From NCBI GenBank assembly GCA_009363175.1, contig CP045205.1, forward strand, positions 856,549-920,548: DNA of 64,000 nt. The letters are read 5' to 3'. The stretch comes from Citrobacter telavivensis (GTDB lineage Bacteria > Pseudomonadota > Gammaproteobacteria > Enterobacterales > Enterobacteriaceae). This document shows positions 11,939 through 21,370 of the stretch, in pieces. Position 1 is the first letter of the stretch, and every line of letters starts with the position of its first letter. The notes under the pieces were generated by a model. The model was not told the DNA's origin. It did not search any database and saw only the letters and a list, made by a program, of their open reading frames with translations. The position numbers and the translations under genes were made by a program.

Positions 11939-14779
11939 ATGAAACGCGTCTTTTACCATGCTTTTTTCCCTGCATTATGCTTAACGGCGTATCCGCTTGC
12001 GGCGGCAGAAACGCTCCCCACGCCTTATCCTCCCGTACAAACAACTACGATGCCGGGCGATCTGACGTCGAATCCGGACTATACCAATCACTGGGATTGG
12101 GTGAAAGAAACGTGGGAAAAAGGCTATTCCACTTTTTCCATCAAAGACAAAAAATATATTGCGAACCAGGAAATCGTCCTGCTTAACCCCGCATATTCCA
12201 AACAGGTCGTGACGTTATTAAATGAGTCGTACAGTTACAACAATACGTTAAACTCTGTTCAGCTTAATATCGGCGACGGTATTTATGATGCTGCGGGTTC
12301 TGAAGCGGTGAATACCACGGTTAAAGGCGAATACACCAATAGCAAAGGGAATATTGAAACGGGGGTTTTACAACTGAACAGTGGTGGTAAAGCCTTCCAT
12401 ACGCTGGTTGAAAATAACGGCGCCCTTACGCTGAATGGCGATTCCGAAGCCTATGACACCGTGGTGAAAACAGGCGGAAGACAGACTGTGGGTGGGCGTG
12501 GCTATGCCCAGGCGAACCTCATTGATGGCGGCACGCAGGTGCTTTCTGTCACCAGCACCGCGCTGGTTGAAGATACGATTGTGCAAAATGGCGGCCAGCA
12601 GATTATTTATAGCGGGACCGCGAAAAACTCTCATATTGGCGCGGGCAGCTATCAGCTTGCCAGCGGGCTGGCTCTGGACACATTCCTGTATAACGGCGCA
12701 TTCCAGCAGGTTTATAGCGGAAAAGGCGCTGAATACGTCGCTGACCGGGATACCACGGTGTATGCGGGCGCGCGACAAACGATTACCTCCGGAATTTCAG
12801 AAAATGCGCAGGTTTATGGTACGCAGGTGATCACTGGCGTAGACGGTCAATGGAGTGGTGGAGACTGGATTTCCGACAGCAATTCAACAGTGCGCGTCAA
12901 CGGACAACAGGCGAAGGACGCCACCATTCATGCGGGAGGGTTGCAACGAATTCAAACCGGTAATGCCGACGGGACGCAGGTCTACGGCACGCAACTGGTT
13001 AATGGTCAGAAAGGCGGTTGGTCCGGTGGAAGCTGGGTTGAGCAGGAAGGCTGGACGGGCGGTATTCGCGCCAACGCGACCAATACAACCGTTCATGCCG
13101 GAGGCCTCCAGCAGCTCGCCTGGTACGGTGAAGCCAGTAACACGGTCGTTGATGGCGGACGCCAGGAGGTGCTCGCGCGGGGGCATATTTCGAACACAAC
13201 GCTTCGCAATGGCGGGAGCAGCCTGATTGCCTATGGCGGTTACTCAACTGACGCGCTGACGGTAGAAGAGGGTTCGCTGACGATGGAAGGGGGAAGCGTA
13301 CATGACTGGACAGGAAATCTGGGCAAGGGGGCCTGGGCTGCCGCCGTGGACTTACAAAGCCCTTCATCGGTTCTCTACCTGAAACACAATGCTGACACCA
13401 CCGAATCCGTCGCTACGATTAAAGCCTTAACGAACAATGGCGTGGTCAATTTTAGCGCGTCAGAGGGTCACACGGCGGGGCAGTTTAACCGTCTGGAACT
13501 CACCACGCTTGAGGGTAACGGTACTTTCGTCATGAACACCAATTTATCCGGTGGCACAGGCGATTTTCTGAATGTTTCTGAATCTGTCAGCGGGCAATTT
13601 AATGTCACAGTGCAGGATTCAGGAAGTGAGTTACGTAGTCGCGCTGCTGCGCCTTACCATCTGATTTATGCGAACGGGAGTGTGGCCAATACGTTTGCGA
13701 TGACAAACGGCAGCGTCGATCTTGGCGCATATAAATACTATCTGGTGCACGGCGCTGACAGCGACAAAGACAACTGGTATCTGTCGCCACAAGCGAATAC
13801 GCCAGAGCCAGGCCCCAACCCTGATCCAGGCCCAGGCCCTTCTCCGACTCCAGAACCAGAGGTAAAACCGGATTTATCAGAAAGCGCTAAAGCGGTGATT
13901 GCCATGGCGAATGTGACCCCCACCATATGGGATGCTGAGCTGACAACGCTGCGGACACGTCTCGGTGAAATTCGTCAGATGCGTGACCATGAAAATGGCG
14001 TCTGGGGCAAATATATCAGTAGCCGCTACCGTGTATCCACAGAGCACGTAGGTTACCGTCAGGATGTGAATGGCGTGATGTTCGGCGGTGATACGCGTTT
14101 TGCGTTGGAAGATAGCGCATTCATTGTGGGCAGTATGACTTCTTATACGCGTGCGGATCTCGACGCATCCAGCACAAATGGTAAAGCCGACAGTTATGGC
14201 ATCGGGCTGTATACGACCTGGTTACACAACAGCGGTTATTACGTTGATGGCGTATTGAAAGCTAACTATTTCCGCACTGAGAATAACCCTTACTTCAACG
14301 GCGGACGCACACATGCGAAAGATAATACCGTTGGCGGCGGCCTGTCTGTCGAAGCCGGGAAGCATATTGCGCTGGAGAGTTGGTTTGTAGAACCGTACAT
14401 TCAGGCATCGTGGTTTATGGGGGACAGAACCCATTACAAACTCGACAGCGGCATGTCGGTTAAAGCGGATGCAACCCGGTCTCTGAAAGGGGAAACGGGG
14501 TTAACCTTCGGTAAGAATGTGGCGTTGGCGGATGGGACAATGCTACAGCCTTACGCGAGACTGGCTGTTCGCCATGAGTTTATGAAGAACAATGATGTCG
14601 TTATTAACCACACCGAGAAGTTTACCAACGATCTGTCTGGCACAAGCGGTAAATACGGCCTGGGGATGACAGCAAAACTGAACGATCGGTGGTCCGCCTG
14701 GGGAGAGGTGAGCTACGAAAAAGGCCAACATATCGAGACGCCTTACAGTGGCCAGTTGGGCATCCGCTACAGTTTCTGA
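11939..14779 (+). CDS. AIDA-I-type (type Va) autotransporter adhesin: signal peptide, repetitive beta-helical passenger, Pro-rich linker, C-terminal 12-strand beta-barrel
   Basis: MKRVFYHAFFPALCLTAYPLAAA signal peptide. Passenger repeats GG.Q.V..G.A..T.V.NGG.Q. Linker PEPGPNPDPGPGPSPTPEPE. Beta-domain ends ...GIRYSF. The 11927 start in the ORF track is probably 4 codons too far upstream. Confidence 0.85.
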   Translation: MKRVFYHAFFPALCLTAYPLAAAETLPTPYPPVQTTTMPGDLTSNPDYTNHWDWVKETWEKGYSTFSIKDKKYIANQEIVLLNPAYSKQVVTLLNESYSYNNTLNSVQLNIGDGIYDAAGSEAVNTTVKGEYTNSKGNIETGVLQLNSGGKAFHTLVENNGALTLNGDSEAYDTVVKTGGRQTVGGRGYAQANLIDGGTQVLSVTSTALVEDTIVQNGGQQIIYSGTAKNSHIGAGSYQLASGLALDTFLYNGAFQQVYSGKGAEYVADRDTTVYAGARQTITSGISENAQVYGTQVITGVDGQWSGGDWISDSNSTVRVNGQQAKDATIHAGGLQRIQTGNADGTQVYGTQLVNGQKGGWSGGSWVEQEGWTGGIRANATNTTVHAGGLQQLAWYGEASNTVVDGGRQEVLARGHISNTTLRNGGSSLIAYGGYSTDALTVEEGSLTMEGGSVHDWTGNLGKGAWAAAVDLQSPSSVLYLKHNADTTESVATIKALTNNGVVNFSASEGHTAGQFNRLELTTLEGNGTFVMNTNLSGGTGDFLNVSESVSGQFNVTVQDSGSELRSRAAAPYHLIYANGSVANTFAMTNGSVDLGAYKYYLVHGADSDKDNWYLSPQANTPEPGPNPDPGPGPSPTPEPEVKPDLSESAKAVIAMANVTPTIWDAELTTLRTRLGEIRQMRDHENGVWGKYISSRYRVSTEHVGYRQDVNGVMFGGDTRFALEDSAFIVGSMTSYTRADLDASSTNGKADSYGIGLYTTWLHNSGYYVDGVLKANYFRTENNPYFNGGRTHAKDNTVGGGLSVEAGKHIALESWFVEPYIQASWFMGDRTHYKLDSGMSVKADATRSLKGETGLTFGKNVALADGTMLQPYARLAVRHEFMKNNDVVINHTEKFTNDLSGTSGKYGLGMTAKLNDRWSAWGEVSYEKGQHIETPYSGQLGIRYSF

Positions 14780-14803
14780 TTGCGCTGATTAATCGTTAAA
14801 TCA

Positions 14804-14835
14804 ATATCCTCCGGCATAGCCGGAGGATATTTTTA
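14804..14835 (+). terminator. Rho-independent terminator after the autotransporter gene
   Basis: 12-bp perfect stem atatcctccggc / gccggaggatat with a 3-nt loop, followed by TTTT. Confidence 0.7.
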
Positions 14836-14842
14836 CCCCTTC

Positions 14843-15655
14843 TTATCCCGCACGGGCAAATTCCGCGGCTTCAACAATCAGCGCGTCATCCGGGCGCACG
14901 CCGGTGTACATCGCGAACTGCTCGACGGCCTGCAACGCAATCACTTCCGCGCCGCTGATGGTCTTTTTACCCAGCTTCCGTGCCAGCGTAATCACCGGGG
15001 TTTCCGGCGGCAGGGCGACGACATCGAACACCACGCTGGCGTTGGCGACCATTGGCTCGCTGTACGCCAGTTCATCGCTCTCTTTGCCACCGGCCATGCC
15101 AACGGGCGTGACGTTGACCAGAATGTCACAGGCAATGCCTTCCGGCAGCGGCTGCCACTGAAAGCCATACTGTTTTGCCAGCGCCGGGCCGCTGTCCCGG
15201 TTGCGAGCGGCGACGATCACATCGCGAAAACCGGCGTCGCGAAAGGCGGCAATCACCGCTTTGCCCATCCCGCCGCTGCCGCGAATCATCACCCGCGCAG
15301 CGGTGTCGAGCTGGTGGCTGGCGATCAGGCTTTTTACCGCGATGTAGTCGGTGTTGTAGCCCGTCAGCCTGCCGTCGTCATTGACGATGGTATTGACGGA
15401 ATCAATCACTTTCGCCGACGGATCGACGGCGTCAAGAAACGGCATGCAGCTTTCTTTGAACGGCATCGAGACCGCGCAGCCACGAATGCCTAACGCGCGA
15501 ACCCCTTTCACCGCCGCTTCAATATCTTGGGTGGTGAATGCTTTGTAGATGAAATTTAAACCCAGCTTTTCATAGAGATAGTTATGAAAACGGGTCCCAA
15601 AGTTGCCGGGCCGACCGGCAAGCGACATGCACAACTGGGTGTCGCGGTTAATCAT
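14843..15655 (-). CDS. AroE/YdiB-family shikimate/quinate 5-dehydrogenase-like oxidoreductase. Its start is 1 nt after the sorE stop (TAAcATG).
   Basis: MINRDTQLCMSLAGRPGNFG..., SMPFKE substrate motif, NTDYIA, Gly-rich NAD(P) motif GSGGMGKAV. Confidence 0.8.
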   Translation of the reverse strand: MINRDTQLCMSLAGRPGNFGTRFHNYLYEKLGLNFIYKAFTTQDIEAAVKGVRALGIRGCAVSMPFKESCMPFLDAVDPSAKVIDSVNTIVNDDGRLTGYNTDYIAVKSLIASHQLDTAARVMIRGSGGMGKAVIAAFRDAGFRDVIVAARNRDSGPALAKQYGFQWQPLPEGIACDILVNVTPVGMAGGKESDELAYSEPMVANASVVFDVVALPPETPVITLARKLGKKTISGAEVIALQAVEQFAMYTGVRPDDALIVEAAEFARAG

Positions 15656-15656
15656 G

Positions 15657-16886
15657 TTAAATCTCCTCGGCATGCGACAGTAAATACTGTTCGGCTTCCT
15701 TAGACCAAATCCCGTGATGGCGTTCCAGAATAGCGCACAGCGTGGGATCGTCAATCTGGTTGAGGGCGGTTAACGGTAATGCTTTCCCGGTATAGACCAG
15801 CTTTTTACCGCCGCCCACTTTCGGCAATTCCAGCGTGGTCTCGCCTGCGGCATTCAGTCCAAGAATGTGTGTCACCACTTTGGCCGCCTGCACTTTCTTC
15901 TCTTCAATCAGTTTGACCGCCGCGCGCATGTCGTCAGTATTTCCGCCCGAGGTGCCCACATAGTGAGTGAAGGCGTAATGTACGTCGTAGAAGTTGATCG
16001 GCGCGCTGAACTGCTTATCCTGCGGGCCGGCAAAGAAGTTCATGCAGCCGTCGGGAGCGAGCAGAGAAGAGGCCAGGGTGACCAGTTGTTCGCTCGGCAC
16101 GAAGACAAAAATATCATCAAAACCGTGGCCGCCACTCAGCGTCATCAGCGTGTCGTACGAGGCATCCTGCGCGTGCAGGTAGTGGATCAACGTTTGTGGT
16201 TCAGAAGGATAGTGTTTACGGGCATAGCTCAGCTTGTCGTCGTTGGTATCGGTCACCACCAGTAGCGCCGGGTTGACTGGGCCATGCAGCGCATAGTCGA
16301 TTGCCAGCAGCCCCATCGGTCCCGTCCCGCCGAGGATCAGCGTGCGACCCTGCGGACGAATCCCCATGTTGTGGTTATAGCTGCCTTCCTGCAGGTGATA
16401 GTTTGCGTTGAACGCGCCGATCACGCAGGAGAGCGGCTCAACCAGCGATCCTTCAAAGTAGGTTTCGCCTTCGTAAGCCAGCAGGCAGTCCTGCTCCATC
16501 ACCACATTGGGGATCACGACGTGCGTGGCTTCGCCACCCACCCACGGGAAGGAGTAGCCGGGGCAATCCGGGCGATCCGCCAGTTGCAGGTTCGCCTGGA
16601 TCACATAGCGCTGGCCGGGCTGAAACTTGTGCTGCCACTTTTTCCCCACGGCGATAATATCGCCGCAGAACTCGTGGCCGATGATGATCGGGTGGGTTGC
16701 CACATCGTCTGGCACCTTTTTATGATCCTCACCCTGATTGGCCTCTTTCCAGGAGGAGAGGCACAGGCTGTCGGTGACCACGGTTGCCAGAATTTCATCG
16801 TCCTGCATCTCAGGAAGTTCAAACGTTTCCAGGCGCAGATCGCGTTTGCCATAAAGGCGCAGAGCTGTCGTTAACATATATTCCAC
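15657..16886 (-). CDS. sorE: L-sorbose-1-phosphate reductase (Zn-dependent MDR/ADH family)
   Basis: 409 aa Zn-ADH fold (GHEFCGDIIAVG, GGTGPMGLLAIDYA). It is the last gene of a sorCDFBAM-type cluster. Confidence 0.8.
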   Translation of the reverse strand: MEYMLTTALRLYGKRDLRLETFELPEMQDDEILATVVTDSLCLSSWKEANQGEDHKKVPDDVATHPIIIGHEFCGDIIAVGKKWQHKFQPGQRYVIQANLQLADRPDCPGYSFPWVGGEATHVVIPNVVMEQDCLLAYEGETYFEGSLVEPLSCVIGAFNANYHLQEGSYNHNMGIRPQGRTLILGGTGPMGLLAIDYALHGPVNPALLVVTDTNDDKLSYARKHYPSEPQTLIHYLHAQDASYDTLMTLSGGHGFDDIFVFVPSEQLVTLASSLLAPDGCMNFFAGPQDKQFSAPINFYDVHYAFTHYVGTSGGNTDDMRAAVKLIEEKKVQAAKVVTHILGLNAAGETTLELPKVGGGKKLVYTGKALPLTALNQIDDPTLCAILERHHGIWSKEAEQYLLSHAEEI

Positions 16887-16930
16887 CTCATGTTGAGCGA
16901 GAGCCCCGGCTTACCACCGGGGCGAAAAAA

Positions 16931-17755
16931 TCAGGACAGGAAGCCCAGTGCGTTACCGATAATCCCCAGACCAAACAGGGCGAAGATCAGCCATACCGGG
17001 TTAATTTTTTTGTTGAGCAGACGTACCATCAGCATCGTCAGGCCCAGCGCCAGCAGGCCGGGGCAGAGCTGGTCGAGGATGTTCTGCACGGTCATCGTGA
17101 CGGTGCCGCCGTCCGCGCCGGGGGTTTGCGATACCACCAGCGGCACGTTGATACTGGTCCACTTGGTGACCAGCACCCCCATCACGAACAGGCCGAGAAT
17201 CGATGCGCCTTCGGTCAGTTTTTGCAGCAGGTTGCCACCCATGTCGCTGACGATGTTGACTCCTTTGTTGAAGCCAATTTGCAGGCCGTACCACTTCATC
17301 GCCAGACGGACCGCGTTGAAAATAAAGAAGAACAACAGCGGGCCGAGAACGTTGCCGGACAACGCCAGCGACGCGCCGAGCGCGGCGGTGATCGGTCGCA
17401 GCGTGCCCCAGACCAGCGGGTCGCCAACGCCCGCCAGCGGTCCCATCAGGCCAACTTTGATGCCGTTGATCGCGCCATCGTCAATTTCCGCCCCGTTCGC
17501 TCGCGCCTCTTCCATGGCGGCGGTCACGCCAATCACCGGACCGCACACCGCGGGCGTGGTGTTGAAGAACACCAGATGACGCTTGAGGGCTGCCACCTGA
17601 TCTTCCTTCAGCGGATACAGGCGCTTGATGGCGGGGATCATGTCGTAGCAAAAGCCCAGCCCATGAATACGTTCAAAGTTGAAAGACGCCTGCTGCAGGT
17701 TGGAGCGGACAAACATGCTAAACAGGTCAGATTTGGTCAGTTTTTTCTGTTCCAT
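16931..17755 (-). CDS. sorM: PTS mannose-family EIID component (sorbose)
   Basis: 274 aa; begins MEQKKLTKSDLFSMFVRSNLQQASFNFERIHGLGFCY, which is IID-like. Confidence 0.88.
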   Translation of the reverse strand: MEQKKLTKSDLFSMFVRSNLQQASFNFERIHGLGFCYDMIPAIKRLYPLKEDQVAALKRHLVFFNTTPAVCGPVIGVTAAMEEARANGAEIDDGAINGIKVGLMGPLAGVGDPLVWGTLRPITAALGASLALSGNVLGPLLFFFIFNAVRLAMKWYGLQIGFNKGVNIVSDMGGNLLQKLTEGASILGLFVMGVLVTKWTSINVPLVVSQTPGADGGTVTMTVQNILDQLCPGLLALGLTMLMVRLLNKKINPVWLIFALFGLGIIGNALGFLS

Positions 17756-17766
17756 GATGGGCTCCG

Positions 17767-18564
17767 TTAGTCATCAAGCTGGTCAAGGGCGGTGGTGGAG
17801 GCGGTCTGCGCCTGCGGTTCGGCTTTACGCCACTGCGGGTTTAACTGGATGTAGACCAGCGCAATAATCGCGCCGACGCCGCCAAAGGCCAGCAGGCTCA
17901 GGTCGAGGTAACCACCGGCGATAAAACCGAGGAAGAAGAAGGGCATCAGGTACTTCACGCCCATCATGCGCAACACCATGGCGTAGCCGACCACCACGAT
18001 AAAGCCACCGGCAATTTGCAGGCCGCGAGTGACGAATTCCGGGATGGCATTCAGCATATTGCTGACCATATCAGCACTGACAAACAGCGAGACAATCAAC
18101 GCCGGGATGGCGACGCGTAGCGCCTGTACGCCCAATGCGGAGACGTGGAGGATGTCGATGGTGCGAAAACGCGCGTCTTCTGCGGCCTTATCCGCCGCAT
18201 GCTGGAACACCACGGTGATAGTACGAGCGAAGACGGTCAGGACCTGGCCTGCCGCCGCCACTGGCAGCGCGATAGCGATACCGGTCGCGATGCTCTGCTG
18301 GCCGACGATCACCAGAATGGCGGAGATAATACTGGCGAGCGCGGAGTCCGGAGACTGCGCGGCGCCGACGTTCATCCAGCCAAGCGCGATCAGCTCCAGC
18401 GTCCCGCCGAGCATCACTCCGGTTTTTAAATCACCGAGGATCAGGCCAATAACCGTACAGGCAATGAGCGGGCGGTGGGTCTGAAATTCATCCAGCACGC
18501 TGCCCATCCCGGCAATACAGGAAAATATAAATATGGCGATAATTTGTAGGGTACTGATTTCCAT
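17767..18564 (-). CDS. sorA: PTS mannose-family EIIC component (sorbose)
   Basis: 265-aa polytopic membrane protein directly upstream of the IID gene. Confidence 0.88.
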   Translation of the reverse strand: MEISTLQIIAIFIFSCIAGMGSVLDEFQTHRPLIACTVIGLILGDLKTGVMLGGTLELIALGWMNVGAAQSPDSALASIISAILVIVGQQSIATGIAIALPVAAAGQVLTVFARTITVVFQHAADKAAEDARFRTIDILHVSALGVQALRVAIPALIVSLFVSADMVSNMLNAIPEFVTRGLQIAGGFIVVVGYAMVLRMMGVKYLMPFFFLGFIAGGYLDLSLLAFGGVGAIIALVYIQLNPQWRKAEPQAQTASTTALDQLDD

Positions 18565-18628
18565 AATGGGTCACCTTAAAGTGTGAACATCCCTGCCTGT
18601 TAAAGCATACGTACACAGGCGCTTTTAT

Positions 18629-19123
18629 TTATTCAGCGAACGACTGTTCTTTTATTTTTTCGAGAATATTAATGGATGGATCGGAGGCGACCACGCGCAA
18701 ATCCAGGTTGACGCCAAATTTATCCAGTTCGCGAAACGCATTAATATCATCGTCATCTAAGGATACGGCTTTGGTTAATTGTTTTTTACCCGGTCGCCAG
18801 GCCATGCCGCCAATATTTAAGGTGGCAATTTTCACGCCTTGCTTGACCATTGCCAGCGCATCCTGTGGGCGGGTAAATAAATAAAATACCGTTTCGTCCT
18901 GATACTGCGGATTATGATAAACCGCGACGGCTTTTTCGATATTCACCACGTTGACCTTCATCCCCGGCGGGGCGGCCTGGCGTAATAATGTCCGGCGCAC
19001 TTCATCGTTATAAACCTCGTCATTACAGATAATAATCCGCTGAGCATTCGCCACCTTCGACCAGACGGTGGTGACCTGACCGTGGATCAGGCGGTCATCA
19101 ATACGGGCAAGGGTAATATTCAT
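18629..19123 (-). CDS. sorB: PTS mannose-family EIIB component (sorbose). Its start overlaps the sorF stop (ATGA).
   Basis: MNITLARIDDRLIHGQVTT... is the EIIB-Man N-terminus with the phosphorylatable His. The ORF-track N-terminal extension is spurious. Confidence 0.85.
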   Translation of the reverse strand: MNITLARIDDRLIHGQVTTVWSKVANAQRIIICNDEVYNDEVRRTLLRQAAPPGMKVNVVNIEKAVAVYHNPQYQDETVFYLFTRPQDALAMVKQGVKIATLNIGGMAWRPGKKQLTKAVSLDDDDINAFRELDKFGVNLDLRVVASDPSINILEKIKEQSFAE

Positions 19124-19530
19124 CAGAAATCCTCTTCGGTCGTTTCCAGATGCTGCCAGACCACGCAGGTTTGTTGTGCAATGGTCGTCAGGTGTTCGCA
19201 CAGTTCATCCACATTCATACTGCTCTGGTTATCCACCAGTTCCAGCGCCAGCGGCAGGGAAAGCCCGCTGATCACCCGAATATCCGGATTGCGCATCGCA
19301 AGCAATGCCGCGGCGTTCCACGGACTGCCGCACTGCAGGTCAACGGCTATCAACCATTCACTGTTGGTGTGAGTACTCACCAACTTTTCCAGCTTCGCGA
19401 CGATATCGCTGGCGTTCTCGCCGGGGACAAAGGCTACCGCCTCAACGTTGGCGTCGCCGTAAACCATCTGCACCGATTCCAGCATGGCGCAGGCCAGTTT
19501 GCCGTGAGCACAGAAGATTGCATTAACCAT
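19123..19530 (-). CDS. sorF: PTS mannose-family EIIA component (sorbose)
   Basis: 135 aa; begins MVNAIFCAHGKLACAMLESVQMVYGD, typical of EIIA-Man. Confidence 0.85.
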   Translation of the reverse strand: MVNAIFCAHGKLACAMLESVQMVYGDANVEAVAFVPGENASDIVAKLEKLVSTHTNSEWLIAVDLQCGSPWNAAALLAMRNPDIRVISGLSLPLALELVDNQSSMNVDELCEHLTTIAQQTCVVWQHLETTEEDF

Positions 19531-19539
19531 AACGCCTCC

Positions 19540-20346
19540 TTAGCCGCGCGTTTTTCCGCCCGCAATGTTAGTGGTTACTCCGGTAATGTAGCTGGCGCGT
19601 TCTGACAGAAGATAACAAACGAAATCAGCAACTTCGGTCAGGCGTCCTGAGCGACCAATCGGAATGGCGTTCTTGCTATAGCCTTCGCGCAGCTGATCAA
19701 CGGTGATATTGCGGGTCCAGGCCAGCGCTTCTTCATATTCCGGCGTGCGCAGTCCGGTTTTTTCCAGAATCCCGGGGGCAATGCCGACCACGCGAATACC
19801 GTGTTTACCCAGCTCTTTTGACCAGGAACGGGTGAAGCTATTCAGCGCCGCCTTCGTTGCGGCATAGCAACTCTGGCCTTCTGACCCTTCCAGCCCGCTT
19901 TCAGAAGAGACGTTAACGATAACGCCGTTACGTTGTTTCACCATCTGGCGCGCCACCGCTTGTGACATTAAGAACACGCCTTTCTGGTTGATATTGACCA
20001 TTTTTTCAAATGCGGCTTCGTTTAATTCATACTTTCCAGCCGGGGCTTTTTCATCGACCAGTAGACGGGGGAAGTTAACGCCGGCGTTATTGACCAGACC
20101 GTCAATTCGGCCAAAGCGCTGGATGATTTCATCCACGGTGTGATTAACTTCTTTAGCGCTGGAAATATCCGTCGGCCAGAAGTGATAACCGTTATTTCCT
20201 TCATGTGTTGCTTCACCACCGTGAATATCTGCCATCTGGACATTCGCGCCTTGTGCTAATAACTCTTCGACAATAGCCAGGCCAATTCCGGATGCACCGC
20301 CGGTTACAATAATGACTTTGTCCTGTAGGTTTAACCACGTTTGCAT
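19540..20346 (-). CDS. sorD: SDR-family D-glucitol-6-phosphate dehydrogenase of the sorbose pathway
   Basis: 268 aa; TGGASGIGLAIV Rossmann motif and the YxxxK catalytic dyad. Confidence 0.82.
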   Translation of the reverse strand: MQTWLNLQDKVIIVTGGASGIGLAIVEELLAQGANVQMADIHGGEATHEGNNGYHFWPTDISSAKEVNHTVDEIIQRFGRIDGLVNNAGVNFPRLLVDEKAPAGKYELNEAAFEKMVNINQKGVFLMSQAVARQMVKQRNGVIVNVSSESGLEGSEGQSCYAATKAALNSFTRSWSKELGKHGIRVVGIAPGILEKTGLRTPEYEEALAWTRNITVDQLREGYSKNAIPIGRSGRLTEVADFVCYLLSERASYITGVTTNIAGGKTRG

Positions 20347-20416
20347 AATTAACTCCCAATTTCAGAGAAGGGGATCCTGCATAAAATAAATTACGTCAGG
20401 ATCAAGATGAATATAT

Positions 20417-21370
20417 CTACTTCAATAACAATTCAGCGGTATGGCTGTTAGTGACTAAACAATTAATATATTTTCCACGTAATGCACCGAGAATACCGCT
20501 TAACTTTTCTTCACCCATTGCGATGCCGATGGAATAACGCGCCTGCTTTAATTTGTTGGTTTCGATGGAGAGTGTTTTTTCGCTCATATTGGTCTCCACC
20601 GTTACGCCGTTGGTATCGTAAAAGCGCGAGCAAATGTCTCCGGCAACCTGCCGGGCGTGCAGGTCGTCGCTTTCTTCGCTACCGTAAAATGCGTGCCAGT
20701 TTGCGCCGTCGCGAATTGCCGGAGAACCGATCCCCACCAGTGCGACATCCAGATTCTCCCAGTAGGCAGAAATCGACTTAAAGTGCTGAGACTGCATAAT
20801 ACCGTTACGGATCAATGGGTTTTCCAGCAGCGCCGGAAAATCGGCCAGGTGTGATTCTCCTTTCAGCTTTGCCGCCGCGCCGTAGGTCAGCGTATTGACG
20901 TGATAGCGGCTCTCAAGCTTGCCGGACGGCCCGCCGATGATCGGCACACAGATCAACTGACGTGACTGGCTGGCTGGCGACAACCCCTCGACCAGCGCGC
21001 ATACCGCACGTCCCCAGGAAAAACCAATGATGTCGCCGGGTTCCAGTAAACGTTCCAGCAACTGCGCGCCATGCACGCCCATCATTGCGAGTTGTTCCTC
21101 TTCCTGCTCGCTGTCGCAGGTGATCACCACCGCCTCTTTAAGACCGAATCGTTGTTTGAGTTGCTGTTCCAGCCACAGGTTTTCGTTGTAGTCGTAGTTG
21201 ATGGCAATAGTGACAATGCCCTGTTCGCGACCGCGTTTCAGCAGGCGGCTGATGGTGGTGCGATAAATCCCCAGTTCACGGGCGATCTGCGCTTGTGTCA
21301 TATCCTGTTCGTAATAGAGCTGCGCTATTTTTACGATCAGGCGGATATCATCACTGTTTTCCGTCGCCAT
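20417..21370 (-). CDS. sorC: SorC-family transcription regulator of the sorbose operon
   Basis: N-terminal HTH (TQAQIARELGIYRTTISRLLKRGREQGIV) plus a sugar-phosphate-binding SorC/DeoR-C domain. It is the first gene of the cluster. Confidence 0.82.
   Translation of the reverse strand: MATENSDDIRLIVKIAQLYYEQDMTQAQIARELGIYRTTISRLLKRGREQGIVTIAINYDYNENLWLEQQLKQRFGLKEAVVITCDSEQEEEQLAMMGVHGAQLLERLLEPGDIIGFSWGRAVCALVEGLSPASQSRQLICVPIIGGPSGKLESRYHVNTLTYGAAAKLKGESHLADFPALLENPLIRNGIMQSQHFKSISAYWENLDVALVGIGSPAIRDGANWHAFYGSEESDDLHARQVAGDICSRFYDTNGVTVETNMSEKTLSIETNKLKQARYSIGIAMGEEKLSGILGALRGKYINCLVTNSHTAELLLK

Noticed and set aside
11911-12186. 91-aa ORF overlapping the autotransporter 5' end in another frame
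   Set aside because: It is an alternative-frame artefact. The autotransporter frame has a clear signal peptide.
16784-17770. 328-aa and 229-aa plus-strand ORFs across sorE/sorM
   Set aside because: They are antisense to intact PTS IID and reductase genes and are Arg/Gln-rich nonsense frames.
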